The translations under genes and the position numbers were made by a program. From NCBI GenBank assembly GCA_963716205.1, contig OY970290.1:239417-303416 (forward strand): a stretch of 64,000 nucleotides of DNA, in the 5' to 3' direction. Positions 17,948-27,891 of the stretch are shown in pieces. The notes beneath the pieces were generated by a model. That model saw nothing but the letters and a program-made list of their open reading frames with translations, made no database searches and was not told where the DNA came from. The DNA comes from an uncultured bacterium (GTDB taxonomy: Bacteria > Patescibacteriota > Minisyncoccia > Phycocordibacterales > GWA1-40-21). Positions within the stretch are counted from its first letter, which is position 1. Each line of letters opens with the position of its first letter.

Positions 17948-19034
17948 TCATATGGAAATATACAAAAAAGATTTTTTTAACATATTCAAAGCCAACTTTG
18001 ATTTCAAGATTGTTGAAACTGAAATGGGGCTGGCAGTCAAAATGCCCGCAAAGGAAGCTTTTATTTACAGCAGTATTACCGGTGCCGGGTACTTTGAAAA
18101 TCCAATCTATCCTTTTACCCCAAAAGGTCTGATGAAGCTTTTCTATAATGCATTCACCTATAAGTTCGTATCAGGTATTTTTGATAACGGTGTCCTCAAA
18201 AATACGCCGTACATTCTGTCGAAAGCAAAGAAGTATTTGTTTGAGGGCGATAAATATGTTGTCCCTATTGAATTTGAATCAGAAGAAAAATTGATCAATC
18301 TGCTCAAGGAAAAGTTTGATCATATTAAAAACCCAGAAAATTACATTATTCAGCGCATTGAGACAAGCAAGCAAGGCAACGGAATGGAACCATTCATGGA
18401 ATACCTTGCAGGCGAGTCTTTCCGACATCTTGGCTTCATTGTAGAGAATCAAATACCTCTTGCCCATGCAGTCGGCTCTCCGGATTTTGCTGGGTACGGT
18501 TTAAGTGACCTCATAATCAAGATAAGCGATTACGGATACCTATCAAGCGCCGGTTTTCACATGATTGAGTTGGCTCTCATTAGAAACTTTAAACAAGGGC
18601 CAAAGAACGAGAGTCACCATGTCACTCACGACTTTATTGTCGGTGAAGCAAAGACTGGGAGTCTGATCATGACCAAACAGTTGGAAAAATATCTCAATAC
18701 CGGACTATTTGATCAGGGATTTGAGATTCACCCTGCAAAGGCCAAGCCCTCAAAAGATTACTTCGGTTTGATCAGTTTGGATTCTGATTTCAAAATAAAA
18801 ATCACTCTCCCTGTAACTAAGCATACGGCGGAGAATCCGCTGTCACGGGAAGAGTATGCGATATGGCTTGGTAACTACATTAAGTTTTATCTAATTTCAA
18901 ATTTCACAAACGATGAGCTTAAGCAATTTTACATTGAACAGGAAGGTGAAGAGATAAATAAAGAGTCTGATCTTGTTAGTTTCGTCTTGGGGTTGGAGAC
19001 TGAAACAATTCTAGCAAAAATTAAATCCCTATAA
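17928..19034 (+). CDS. hypothetical protein, candidate PD-(D/E)xK nuclease (possible restriction component)
   Basis: 368 aa. E..SPDFAGYG...IVGEAKTG resembles the E/PD/ExK triad. It overlaps the MTase stop by 20 nt. Confidence 0.5.
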   Translation: MNYNMFNHMEIYKKDFFNIFKANFDFKIVETEMGLAVKMPAKEAFIYSSITGAGYFENPIYPFTPKGLMKLFYNAFTYKFVSGIFDNGVLKNTPYILSKAKKYLFEGDKYVVPIEFESEEKLINLLKEKFDHIKNPENYIIQRIETSKQGNGMEPFMEYLAGESFRHLGFIVENQIPLAHAVGSPDFAGYGLSDLIIKISDYGYLSSAGFHMIELALIRNFKQGPKNESHHVTHDFIVGEAKTGSLIMTKQLEKYLNTGLFDQGFEIHPAKAKPSKDYFGLISLDSDFKIKITLPVTKHTAENPLSREEYAIWLGNYIKFYLISNFTNDELKQFYIEQEGEEINKESDLVSFVLGLETETILAKIKSL

Positions 19035-19035
19035 T

Positions 19036-20049
19036 ATGGCATACTCCAGCGACGAAATTATTAAAAGAGAGATTCTAGATACCCTTGGTTATGAAACCAA
19101 TGGGATTAAACTTCGCATCTTTCCACAAAGCAGTAACGAAGATCAAAAGCCATTTTCAGAGGGCGGTCTTACTTTTGGGTTTAAAGGTGTTTCTTATGGT
19201 TCGTGTGATGCCGCATGGTATGTGGACGAAAAATGGGTAGACGGATTGAATGGCAAAGAAATAAACAAAAAGCCAGTGATTGCACTCGAAGGTACTGATG
19301 CTTTAAGTAGGAACTCGGCAGGCAATGCTCTCTATCAGCGATTTCATCATGCACTCGGTGGGGTAAAAAACGGCATCATTGGTGTTTATTATTTGAAAAA
19401 AGGCACTCAAAAAATCCAGCCAGACCTCTACGGCATGGCCTACTTTGCATCTAAGGTGGAAAAAGGAAAATATCTAATCACAGATGATCTCTCCGTCGTT
19501 AAGGATTTGCTGGATCGCTATCACAAACCCGCAGAATTTTCTGCTTACGTCAAAGCTTATTTGGAAAAGATGCACAAGATTTTTATAACTAAATTCAATG
19601 CCGCCTATGGTGGAGATTGGAAAAGGTTTGCAGAGCATCGATCGACAATCATACAAAACGACTACGTTATTAAATATGCTGGCCGAATGAGAAGAAATTT
19701 CACTGACGGATCACAGCGTGCAGGGCATATTGCTGTCGGTGAGATGTTTCTTACCAAATACTATTTTTACGATAAAATGTTTTACTATCTTTTTCCGAAA
19801 ATGACACATAATGATTTGGAGGTTCTTGATCACAATAAAACCACGGACAAAGAGTGGTTCCTTTTGCGAAATGAGCCTAACGTTGAAATAAAGACTATGG
19901 ACGATATTGCCGGACTTAGTCAGTCAACCCGAGAAGCGCTTTTGAGTATCCAAGATACCCCTCTCAAGGGAGAGGCTATGCGCACTTTTAATAAATGCAT
20001 GAAAACCATTGTCGAGGGATTTAAGTCTGGCAAGTTGAAGCTGAAATAA
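19036..20049 (+). CDS. hypothetical protein (operon partner)
   Basis: 337-aa ORF tightly packed between neighbours. No motif is recognised. Confidence 0.5.
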   Translation: MAYSSDEIIKREILDTLGYETNGIKLRIFPQSSNEDQKPFSEGGLTFGFKGVSYGSCDAAWYVDEKWVDGLNGKEINKKPVIALEGTDALSRNSAGNALYQRFHHALGGVKNGIIGVYYLKKGTQKIQPDLYGMAYFASKVEKGKYLITDDLSVVKDLLDRYHKPAEFSAYVKAYLEKMHKIFITKFNAAYGGDWKRFAEHRSTIIQNDYVIKYAGRMRRNFTDGSQRAGHIAVGEMFLTKYYFYDKMFYYLFPKMTHNDLEVLDHNKTTDKEWFLLRNEPNVEIKTMDDIAGLSQSTREALLSIQDTPLKGEAMRTFNKCMKTIVEGFKSGKLKLK

Positions 20050-20072
20050 TTGTAAAGTTAGTACGAAATCCT

Positions 20073-22451
20073 ATGAAAATTCGTAAAATCAAATCGATAA
20101 AGAACTACAAATCATTTACGGATTTTGAGTGGCAAAAGTTTTGCAAGAATAAAGATGGCCAAGAATCCATACTACAAAATTTTACTACTATTTTTGGCGA
20201 GAACGGATCAGGAAAATCTTCCGTCTGTGATATTTTAAAAAGCGTTTCTCAGTATCAGGACTTTCAAAATACTCCACCGGCTTTGACCGAAATAGAGCTG
20301 AATGATGGTAGTAATAATCAAATTCATAAATATGAAAACGGGGGATGGCTAACCCAAGTCGAGAAAAATTCGTTTCTATTTTTCGATGTTGATTTTATCA
20401 ATGCGAATGTTCATACACATGGTATTAGGTCAAGTAATCAGCAACAAGGCGCGCACACACAAAAAGCGGGTAAGCTAATAATTGATTTAGATGAACAGGC
20501 GAACAGTCTCAAAGAGATAGTTAAGACAAACCAAGACGCATTGGAAACACAAAAGATTATTAGCAAAGATATCTTAGGACAATCATTTACAGATAAAGAT
20601 AAAGAACTTTTCGAAATATATAAGGATGATGATGAAAAAACAAAACAAGAAAAACTTTCCAAAGCAGAAGAAGAACTAAAAACACTTGAAGAGGGATTAA
20701 CAAACCTTGAAAAGGTTAATAAAAAGTATAACGAAATAAATCTCATATCGGCAGTTGATCAAATAGCATTTTCTAATGATTTTTCTTCAAAAGAATTTTT
20801 CACTGAATTGTTTACCCGTCAAATAAAAGAAAAGGCACAAGATGATGCAGACGAGAAGATAAAAACGCATTTTGCAAAGCACAAACAGTTTATTGAGTCC
20901 GCCAAAGACCAAATACCCGAAAAATACAGCGACGAAAACTGTCCCCTTTGTATGCAACCGCTCAAAAACGCTATAAAAGTTATTGAGTACTACAGAACCG
21001 TCTTTGATCAAACCTATGAAAATGCTAAACAAAAATTTTTGGCCGACATTGAAACCGCAAAAAGCGAATTGGAAATAATAAAGTCAAACCTGAATTTATT
21101 GCCCTCTAAGGCAAATGAAGTATTTGACGCACTGGAAAAAATAAAAACAGATTTTGAAATCAAAGACATTTACAAGCTTGATGAAAAAACAAAATATACT
21201 GAAAAGTTTAGTGGTATTACCATAAAAGAAATTGATGATTCGCTCATGGCGTTAGAATCTCTGAAAAAAATTGAACGAAAGCAAGTGGAAATAGCAAATC
21301 TCTATGACGTGATCGCCGCAAAGCTTGTAAAAATCGTAAAATCAGTTGAGGGCATCAACGAACTTATTGCCGAAAAAAATAAATTGATAAGTGATTTCAA
21401 AAGTAAATATTCTGATCAAACCAAAATCACGGATGAACTACAGGAGAAAAATAAAAAGCAAATAGACTTGAACCAGTTAGTAGATTTTTTGAAAAGCGAA
21501 AAAATAAAACTCATAAAACTTCAAAACGATGCTTCTGCCAAAGAGAAAACATTATCGGAAAAATTGAAAAAGACACAGGAGGATTTGAAAACATATCTTG
21601 CCAAAACAATTCCAGAGAGTGTTATTTCACAAATGATAATTATTCTTAATAAGTTTAATTTGGGCTTCACCCTTGAACATATCAAACCCGCAGCCAATAC
21701 AAAGGAATATTCTTTTTCGTTCAAAATTACTGATCTAAAAGGAAATGAACGAGAAATGAAGGATGGATTATCAGAAGGTGAGAGACAGCTAATTTCTCTT
21801 GCCTTCTTCTTTGCGATTAATGAAAATTTGCAGAGCAAGGATCAAACCGTCTTAATTTTTGATGATCCGATAACAAGCTTAGACTCGCCAAACTTAAAAA
21901 TTCTTGCAGAGTTGATACACAAGGAGACTCAGGAATTTTCTCAGGTTATAGTTTTTACTCACCATCCACTATTTTTTAAGTATTTAGCAAAATGTGTAAA
22001 TCCAAATCCAAGCAAGTTTGGCGTTTTAAAGAATGTAGAAAAATTCGGTGGAAGTTTTATCTTTGTTGACCCTGGATTTGATTTGACCTCTGAAATCCAA
22101 AAATGCAATCAAGAAATTACTCAAAATGCCAAAAACGGTGATCTAAAACCAGAGGAAATTGCCTTAAAATATGGACAACTTTTACGATTGGCAGTTGAAA
22201 AATTTATCAAAAATGACTTACTGATGTGGGATAAGGAAAATAACTTTGATGGCATAACAGAAAATTTGAAACAAGGAAAAAATAAAATAGCTAAACTTTC
22301 CGATGACGATTTGGAAGTGATAACAAATATGTATAAATATTGTAATTACTCCAATCTCTTACACGCTGATAAGGAAACACCTTCCGCACTTTCTGAACTA
22401 ATGACACACATTGATAAATTTGATCAAATCTTGGATAAAGTGAAGGTTTAA
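20073..22451 (+). CDS. Rad50/RloC-like ABC-type ATPase with coiled coil and CxxC hook; putative abortive-infection/anticodon-nuclease-type defence protein
   Basis: Walker A FGENGSGKSS and about 450 aa of predicted coiled coil containing DENCPLCMQPL. The ABC signature is LSEGERQLISLAFFFA, Walker B is VLIFDDPITSLD, and the H-loop is VIVFTHH. A roughly 110-aa C-terminal domain follows. Confidence 0.65.
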   Translation: MKIRKIKSIKNYKSFTDFEWQKFCKNKDGQESILQNFTTIFGENGSGKSSVCDILKSVSQYQDFQNTPPALTEIELNDGSNNQIHKYENGGWLTQVEKNSFLFFDVDFINANVHTHGIRSSNQQQGAHTQKAGKLIIDLDEQANSLKEIVKTNQDALETQKIISKDILGQSFTDKDKELFEIYKDDDEKTKQEKLSKAEEELKTLEEGLTNLEKVNKKYNEINLISAVDQIAFSNDFSSKEFFTELFTRQIKEKAQDDADEKIKTHFAKHKQFIESAKDQIPEKYSDENCPLCMQPLKNAIKVIEYYRTVFDQTYENAKQKFLADIETAKSELEIIKSNLNLLPSKANEVFDALEKIKTDFEIKDIYKLDEKTKYTEKFSGITIKEIDDSLMALESLKKIERKQVEIANLYDVIAAKLVKIVKSVEGINELIAEKNKLISDFKSKYSDQTKITDELQEKNKKQIDLNQLVDFLKSEKIKLIKLQNDASAKEKTLSEKLKKTQEDLKTYLAKTIPESVISQMIIILNKFNLGFTLEHIKPAANTKEYSFSFKITDLKGNEREMKDGLSEGERQLISLAFFFAINENLQSKDQTVLIFDDPITSLDSPNLKILAELIHKETQEFSQVIVFTHHPLFFKYLAKCVNPNPSKFGVLKNVEKFGGSFIFVDPGFDLTSEIQKCNQEITQNAKNGDLKPEEIALKYGQLLRLAVEKFIKNDLLMWDKENNFDGITENLKQGKNKIAKLSDDDLEVITNMYKYCNYSNLLHADKETPSALSELMTHIDKFDQILDKVKV

Positions 22452-22496
22452 TAATGGCCTTAGACTGTCACACTTTTGGAGCGGCGTTTACACATC

Positions 22497-22800
22497 AAGC
22501 AACCGATTTTTCTTTTTCAGGAAAGTCAGGTATGTTTAAAGAGACGTGAAATTCCCAGAATTCCCTAAGACTTTTGAAAATTAGGTTCCAATTCTGTAAG
22601 GTGTGGTCCACTCTGGTGAACATTGGAGGCAGAAATGCCTCTTTTGTCTTTTAAAGATTAGCTATCTTGATGGTTTAAAGAAAAAATTTTTCTAAAAAAC
22701 AGACGGCTCTAATTATGGATAGAAATTAATGACCCAAGGCGACTCGAACCGATAACGAAAGTTAGCTGTATTTTGTTTCTTTCGTTCATACCAGACCTCC
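22497..22800 (+). repeat. composite repeat copy C (left arm ccgatttttctttttcaggaaa..gtgaaattcc, M1 22584-22611, hairpin M2 22626-22656, inverted T-arm-like M3 about 22704-22790)
   Basis: About 80% identical to copy D over about 280 bp. M2 and the flank also match the sequence downstream of tRNA-Ala(TGC). Confidence 0.8.
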
Positions 22801-22855
22801 CATCATTGACAAATCCCTACTAAATGTAATCATTCCTTTATTAATAAAACTAATC

Positions 22856-23881
22856 ATGGAAGGAAAAACTCATTTTGAAAATATTGTAGGTGGAACACAA
22901 GAAGAGAAAAATGAGATTTTGTATGAATTACAAAAGACTTTTGAAACTCGTTCAGAAAAGCTTACAAAATATGAACTAGAAAAAACTATAGAAGATATAG
23001 GGCTTATTAAAAATACGGAATTGGTTGTAGATAAAATTGTGAGTCAATATGGAGGCAAACCGAAATCAATATCACTTGATCATATATATATCCTCAAGCC
23101 GGGGTCGGTGCTCGAAATGACCGAGGGAAAATTAGCAAGGGGTCTTCACCAGCCAGTAGGGCTTAATATTGGTGTTGAGAAGAAAGAATCAAAATTATTA
23201 TTTGCAAGTACTATTGCACATGAACTTTTTCATCTGAAATCTTACAAATCTGCACGTAAAGGAGAATCGGTTGATGACATAAGATTATACAGAACTGGAC
23301 TTTCAATGATTGACATCAAGGATGAGTCAAAAAAGGCTGGCGAAGAAAAAGAATATTTTTCTCAACTAGAGGAAGCTGTTGTGGTTGAATGCACTAGAAA
23401 ATTTCTTGATAACATCAGTATGGATAAGGAATTTAGACCAGAAACAGAGGCAATTAAAAAAATCAAAAATTGGGTTACTGAATTTTATAAAAGACGAGGA
23501 ATATCTCAAGATAAAATAGAAGAATTTAATGATGAGATAAAATATATATCAGATCCAGAGAAGTGGGTTTCGGACGTAGAAAATGCATACACTGAAGAAA
23601 ATAGAAAGCAGGCATATGCAGCAGGAATGTTTGAGTCACTTTATAAAAATGGTTCCGCAGAATCTATGGAAAGATATACAGAAAGAAAAAAACTATATGA
23701 TCTTCTTGATAAATTAGTTTTAGAATCCAATAGAAAATATAAAAATCGTAATGAATTATTTGACGAGTTTGCAAAAGCAAATTTTTCTGGTAATTATCTG
23801 CCGTTGGCGAAAATAATTGAGAGTATTTTAGGAAAAGGGTCATTCAGAAAAATAGCAGAAGATTTTAGTAATAAATCTTAA
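22856..23881 (+). CDS. hypothetical HExxH-motif protein (putative metallopeptidase)
   Basis: 341 aa with IAHELFH and no signal peptide. A cassette-like ORF between repeats C and D. Confidence 0.5.
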   Translation: MEGKTHFENIVGGTQEEKNEILYELQKTFETRSEKLTKYELEKTIEDIGLIKNTELVVDKIVSQYGGKPKSISLDHIYILKPGSVLEMTEGKLARGLHQPVGLNIGVEKKESKLLFASTIAHELFHLKSYKSARKGESVDDIRLYRTGLSMIDIKDESKKAGEEKEYFSQLEEAVVVECTRKFLDNISMDKEFRPETEAIKKIKNWVTEFYKRRGISQDKIEEFNDEIKYISDPEKWVSDVENAYTEENRKQAYAAGMFESLYKNGSAESMERYTERKKLYDLLDKLVLESNRKYKNRNELFDEFAKANFSGNYLPLAKIIESILGKGSFRKIAEDFSNKS

Positions 23882-23892
23882 AACATAATGAT

Positions 23893-24170
23893 TAAGCAGC
23901 CGATTTTTCTTTTTCAGGAAAATCTGGTATGTCTACAGAATCGTGAAATTCCTGGAATGCCTTGATGCTCTCGTATATTTGATTCCAATTTCGTAAGATG
24001 AGGTCCACCCAAGCTGACAAAAGAGGCAGAAATGCCTCTTTTGTCTTGTAAGGGCTAGCTATCTTGGTATTTCCAAAATAATTTTTCTCTAAATATCCAA
24101 CGGCTCTAATTATGGATATAGATTAATGACCCTACACGACTCGAACCAATTTTGATAATTTTTTAGACAG
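23893..24170 (+). repeat. composite repeat copy D (left arm, M1 23981-24008, hairpin M2 24023-24053, M3 about 24101-24165)
   Basis: See copy C. M1 is gattccaatttcgtaagatgaggtccac. Confidence 0.8.
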
Positions 24171-24236
24171 TGTTACGCTATAGGAACAGATGTTATTTTT
24201 AGTTTTGGTATGAATCAGTATTAATTAAATAATAAA

Positions 24237-25283
24237 ATGTTCAATTTTTTACATAAAATTATATCAGCCATAGGTACTGCGATTGTTTCCGTAGGATTGC
24301 TTTTCACTGGGACGCACATATCAACCAAAATTCCTAATACACCTCTCGTAAGTACTTCCACTTCCCAAGTTGAAGTTGTAAGCACAAGCACAATAGTAAA
24401 TACAGGTTCTATAACTAAACCTTCTCCAGTTCAAACACCAACAATTGTGCAACCTCTAATCGTCTCTTGCAGTGCAGATATGGCAAATGCTTCTCCCGGA
24501 CAAACTATTATATGGACTGCACAAACATCAGGAGGTAATGGTAGTCATTCTTATACTTGGGCAGGGGATGGCGGTTTATCTAGTACCAATCAATCGCCAA
24601 CTATTTCCTGGTCATATAATTCTACGGGGATTATGAATGCGAGAGTGAGTGTGACTTCTGGAACACAAACAGTGAATGCTAACTGTAAAAATTCTGTTAT
24701 AGTCACTCAAGTAGAATCAGCACAAAACAATAATCAGAATCAAGTCCAAGCTCAAACAAATTCTCAAGAACAAGCTATCCAAAGTGTTATCACTGCTTAT
24801 ACACAAAAAGAAGGATCTATTCAGCAAGAAATTGATGATGTGCAAGGTCAAATGCAAGAATCACAAAATAATAATTGTTCTAATAATATTGGAGAAGGTG
24901 AGGGCGCACTTGAATGCACTGCAAGTGCTGAAGAGATAACAGCCAATGAAAGTTATGTTAGTAATTTACAGACACAAAATGGAATTTTACAAAAAGTTCA
25001 AGTAGAATTACAAAATGATATTTCCCAGGAGGTATCTCTGACTCAAGATCAGATTGATTCATATATGCAAAATATAACTATTCTTGGTCAAATTGATACA
25101 CTTGAACAACAAATCACTGCATTAAAAATAAAAAGTATCGGTGAGATAATGGGATATGAAACAAGTGGAGGTACAGAAGCTGTTGCTGAAGGTGAAGCAA
25201 ATTTGATAACGACACAAGAAAATGCACAGATTGATTCATTAAATTCACAGATTCAGGTTTTAGCTGCTGAACTGGTTCAATAA
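24237..25283 (+). CDS. hypothetical secreted/membrane-anchored protein with a PKD-like beta domain and a Q/N-rich coiled-coil tail
   Basis: N-terminal TM or signal segment, a Cys-bounded beta domain (CSADMANASPGQTIIWTAQTSGG...NC), and a glutamine-rich C-terminus. Confidence 0.5.
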   Translation: MFNFLHKIISAIGTAIVSVGLLFTGTHISTKIPNTPLVSTSTSQVEVVSTSTIVNTGSITKPSPVQTPTIVQPLIVSCSADMANASPGQTIIWTAQTSGGNGSHSYTWAGDGGLSSTNQSPTISWSYNSTGIMNARVSVTSGTQTVNANCKNSVIVTQVESAQNNNQNQVQAQTNSQEQAIQSVITAYTQKEGSIQQEIDDVQGQMQESQNNNCSNNIGEGEGALECTASAEEITANESYVSNLQTQNGILQKVQVELQNDISQEVSLTQDQIDSYMQNITILGQIDTLEQQITALKIKSIGEIMGYETSGGTEAVAEGEANLITTQENAQIDSLNSQIQVLAAELVQ

Positions 25284-25319
25284 AAATTGGCTCAAGAAGC
25301 TAGTTAATCTTCAAGGGAA

Positions 25320-25390
25320 CTATGAAATTCCCAGAACGCCTCTAGGCTTTCGTATATTGGGTTCCAATTCCGTATAATGAGGTCCACCAA
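25320..25390 (+). repeat. partial composite repeat copy E (gaaattcccagaa... plus M1 ggttccaattccgtataatgaggtccac)
   Basis: Matches the left arm and M1 of copies C and D but lacks M2 and M3. It lies 80 bp upstream of tRNA-Ala(CGC). Confidence 0.65.
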
Positions 25391-25466
25391 CGACGATGAA
25401 TTTTGTAAGACAAGGTCCACACAGAGTTTTTTATTTTATCGGAATATGTTAGAGTAGCAAACGCCT

Positions 25467-25537
25467 GGGCCTATAGTATAGTGGTAGCACGCGTCATTCG
25501 CATTGACGAGACGGCAGTCCGATTCTGCCTAGGTCCA
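25467..25537 (+). tRNA. tRNA-Ala (anticodon CGC)
   Basis: Acceptor gggccta/taggtcc with G3:U70, anticodon loop ttcgcat. The T-loop is tccgatt, with C at position 55. Confidence 0.7.
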
Positions 25538-25575
25538 CAAAAGCAGAAAATCTAAACTGCTTGATAAATAAATTT

Positions 25576-25647
25576 CGGAGCGTGGTGTAACGGTAACATG
25601 CATGATTCGGGTTCATGTGACTCCGGGTTCAAATCCCGGCGCTCCGA
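25576..25647 (+). tRNA. tRNA-Pro (anticodon CGG)
   Basis: Acceptor cggagcg/cgctccg, anticodon loop ttcgggt, T-loop ttcaaat. Confidence 0.8.
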
Positions 25648-25693
25648 CAAATGATTTTCAAATTTGGAAAAAATCCTGTATAATCACACAGAG

Positions 25694-27166
25694 ATGAAAA
25701 ATTTCTTTTCAAAAATAAAAATGTTTGCGCAGAAAAATAAATGGTGGACTGCGCTTATTTTTCTTGTCATTATCATCATACTTTTCATGATTTTCGGCAA
25801 GAAAAAATCTTCCGGACTGGAAACGGTGACAGTAGAGAAGCACGATATCACTCAAGTTGTCAGTGCCACGGGAAATGTCACTCCGCTTTCAGATCTTGAT
25901 CTTGCATTTCAGGCAAGCGGACAAGTCTCGCAGGTTGCGGTAGCTGTAGGCGATACCGTGTATCAAGGAGAATATCTCGCTTCGCTTTCAAATGCCGATC
26001 TTTCCGCTGCTCTCGAACAAGCAAAAGCCGGATTGCAGATTGAACAAGCAAAACTTGCCGACATGCAAAATGGAACTCCGCCGGAAGAATTGGCAGTTGC
26101 GCAGAATTCTTTGGATAACAGCATCACGAGCGCTTATACGACCTGTGATAATGCCATACACAATGATATCGATCAAATGTTTGAGAATCCGAAAACTCCA
26201 TCAGCCAAGATCATCATTCCGATGAATAATTTTCAACTGCAAAATACTATCGACAACGATCGATATACCATTGAACTGACGCTTACTGATTGGAATGCAA
26301 GCACTTCAGTTTCCGCGACATCAGCACTTGCTTCAATTGATGCAATAAAAAGTTTTGTTGATGAGATCGCTCTCGCACTCAATGAATCTTTGGGAGATTC
26401 AAGTATTTCGCAAGGAACAATTGATTCATATAAAACTATTGTTTCTGCTGACCGCGCAGCCATAGATCTTGCTCGTTCGAATATCACAACAGCAGAGGCA
26501 AATTATAATCTTGAACTCGCCGGCAACACTCCGGACTCCATCGCGGCGCAGCAAGCTGCGGTAGCGCAGGCGCAGGCAAATATTGATGCGGCACAGGCGC
26601 AACTCGATAAATCAATCATCTATTCACCGATCGACGGTGTCATTACAAATGTAAATGCAAAAGTCGGGGAGACGATGCAGCAGGGCGATGCCGCCATTTC
26701 CGTCATTTCATACGGACAATATGATATCGAATCGTATGTTCCGGAAGCCGATATCGCAAAAGTAAAAATCGGCGATCCTGCCACGACTACACTTGATGCT
26801 TATGGTTCCGATACTTTTTTCCCGACATCCGTCATTAAGATCGATCCGGGAGAGACAATTCTCGAAGATGTGCCGACATACAAAGTCACTTTGGCTTTTG
26901 CTTCAACTTCCGATCCGAGAATCAAATCCGGAATGACAGCGAATCTGGATATTCTGACCGATCAAAAAAATGATGTGCTTGCCGTTCCATCAAGATCCGT
27001 GTATGAAGATGGCACCCAGGAATACGTAGAGCTGATTGATCCTGCAAATCAAAAAAATACAATACAAACAGCGATCACGGTAGGCATACGCGGCGTCGAC
27101 GGATATGAGGAAATAGTTTCCGGTCTCAAAGAAGGCGATGTGATTCTCGCTTCGCCAAACATGTAA
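25694..27166 (+). CDS. HlyD/MacA-family periplasmic adaptor (membrane fusion protein) of an ABC exporter
   Basis: N-terminal TM anchor, long coiled-coil hairpin, and C-terminal beta-barrel region. It is followed by MacB-like ATPase and permease genes. A TATAAT at 25680 suggests the upstream in-frame TTG at 25664 is promoter, not coding. Confidence 0.7.
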   Translation: MKNFFSKIKMFAQKNKWWTALIFLVIIIILFMIFGKKKSSGLETVTVEKHDITQVVSATGNVTPLSDLDLAFQASGQVSQVAVAVGDTVYQGEYLASLSNADLSAALEQAKAGLQIEQAKLADMQNGTPPEELAVAQNSLDNSITSAYTTCDNAIHNDIDQMFENPKTPSAKIIIPMNNFQLQNTIDNDRYTIELTLTDWNASTSVSATSALASIDAIKSFVDEIALALNESLGDSSISQGTIDSYKTIVSADRAAIDLARSNITTAEANYNLELAGNTPDSIAAQQAAVAQAQANIDAAQAQLDKSIIYSPIDGVITNVNAKVGETMQQGDAAISVISYGQYDIESYVPEADIAKVKIGDPATTTLDAYGSDTFFPTSVIKIDPGETILEDVPTYKVTLAFASTSDPRIKSGMTANLDILTDQKNDVLAVPSRSVYEDGTQEYVELIDPANQKNTIQTAITVGIRGVDGYEEIVSGLKEGDVILASPNM

Positions 27167-27170
27167 AAAC

Positions 27171-27890
27171 GTGGCGCTTATCGAAACAAAAAATTTGTGG
27201 AAAGTCTACGACAATGAAGGGACAAAAACCGAAGCACTTCGAGGAGTTTCCCTCGATATTCAAAAAGGTGAATTTGTGGCAATCATGGGTCCTTCCGGTT
27301 CTGGAAAATCAACTTTGCTTCAAATTCTCGGACTTTTGGATAATCATACCGATGGCACCTATATTTTTTCCGACAAAGATGTCGGTTCATATAATCCGGA
27401 AGAAATTGCACGGATGCGCAACGAAAAAATGGGTTTTGTTTTCCAAGCATTCAATCTTTTGCCGCATGCATCCGTTCTCGATAATGTAAAGTTGCCGCTC
27501 ATGTATTCGAATATTCCCGAGGAGGAGTGGGATGTCCGCGCGCAGGAAGCGGTCATTGATGTCGGGCTTGAACACCGGATGTATCATCAGGCAACGCAGC
27601 TTTCGGGCGGTGAGAAACAAAGAGTGGCAATCGCCCGCGCACTGGTGAACGATCCGGAAGTTATTTTTGCCGACGAGCCGACGGGAAACCTGGATTCAAA
27701 ATCCGGCGAGGCGGTCATCGATATCATCCAAAAATTAAATACCGAAATGGGTCATACGATTATTTTGATTACCCACGAAACATACACGGCTGAATACGCG
27801 CAGAGGATTATCCGCTTGCATGATGGGCAGATACTCAGTGATGAAAAAGTTGTAAACAGAAAAACAAAAGCCGATGATTTTATAAAATAA
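27171..27890 (+). CDS. ABC transporter ATP-binding protein (MacB/LolD family)
   Basis: Walker [12 protein letters not shown], signature [15 protein letters not shown], and Walker [12 protein letters not shown]. Confidence 0.9.
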   Translation: MALIETKNLWKVYDNEGTKTEALRGVSLDIQKGEFVAIMGPSGSGKSTLLQILGLLDNHTDGTYIFSDKDVGSYNPEEIARMRNEKMGFVFQAFNLLPHASVLDNVKLPLMYSNIPEEEWDVRAQEAVIDVGLEHRMYHQATQLSGGEKQRVAIARALVNDPEVIFADEPTGNLDSKSGEAVIDIIQKLNTEMGHTIILITHETYTAEYAQRIIRLHDGQILSDEKVVNRKTKADDFIK

Positions 27891-27891
27891 T

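Noticed and set aside
22584-22611. The M1 core (ggttccaatt...gaggtccac) as a complete tRNA or tRNA 3' half.
   Set aside because: A T-loop-like ttccaat is present and the end mimics the tRNA-Ala acceptor. But the spacing is 4-5 nt too long for a T-arm plus acceptor, and no cloverleaf can be built. It is treated as a recombination-site-like repeat, not a tRNA gene.
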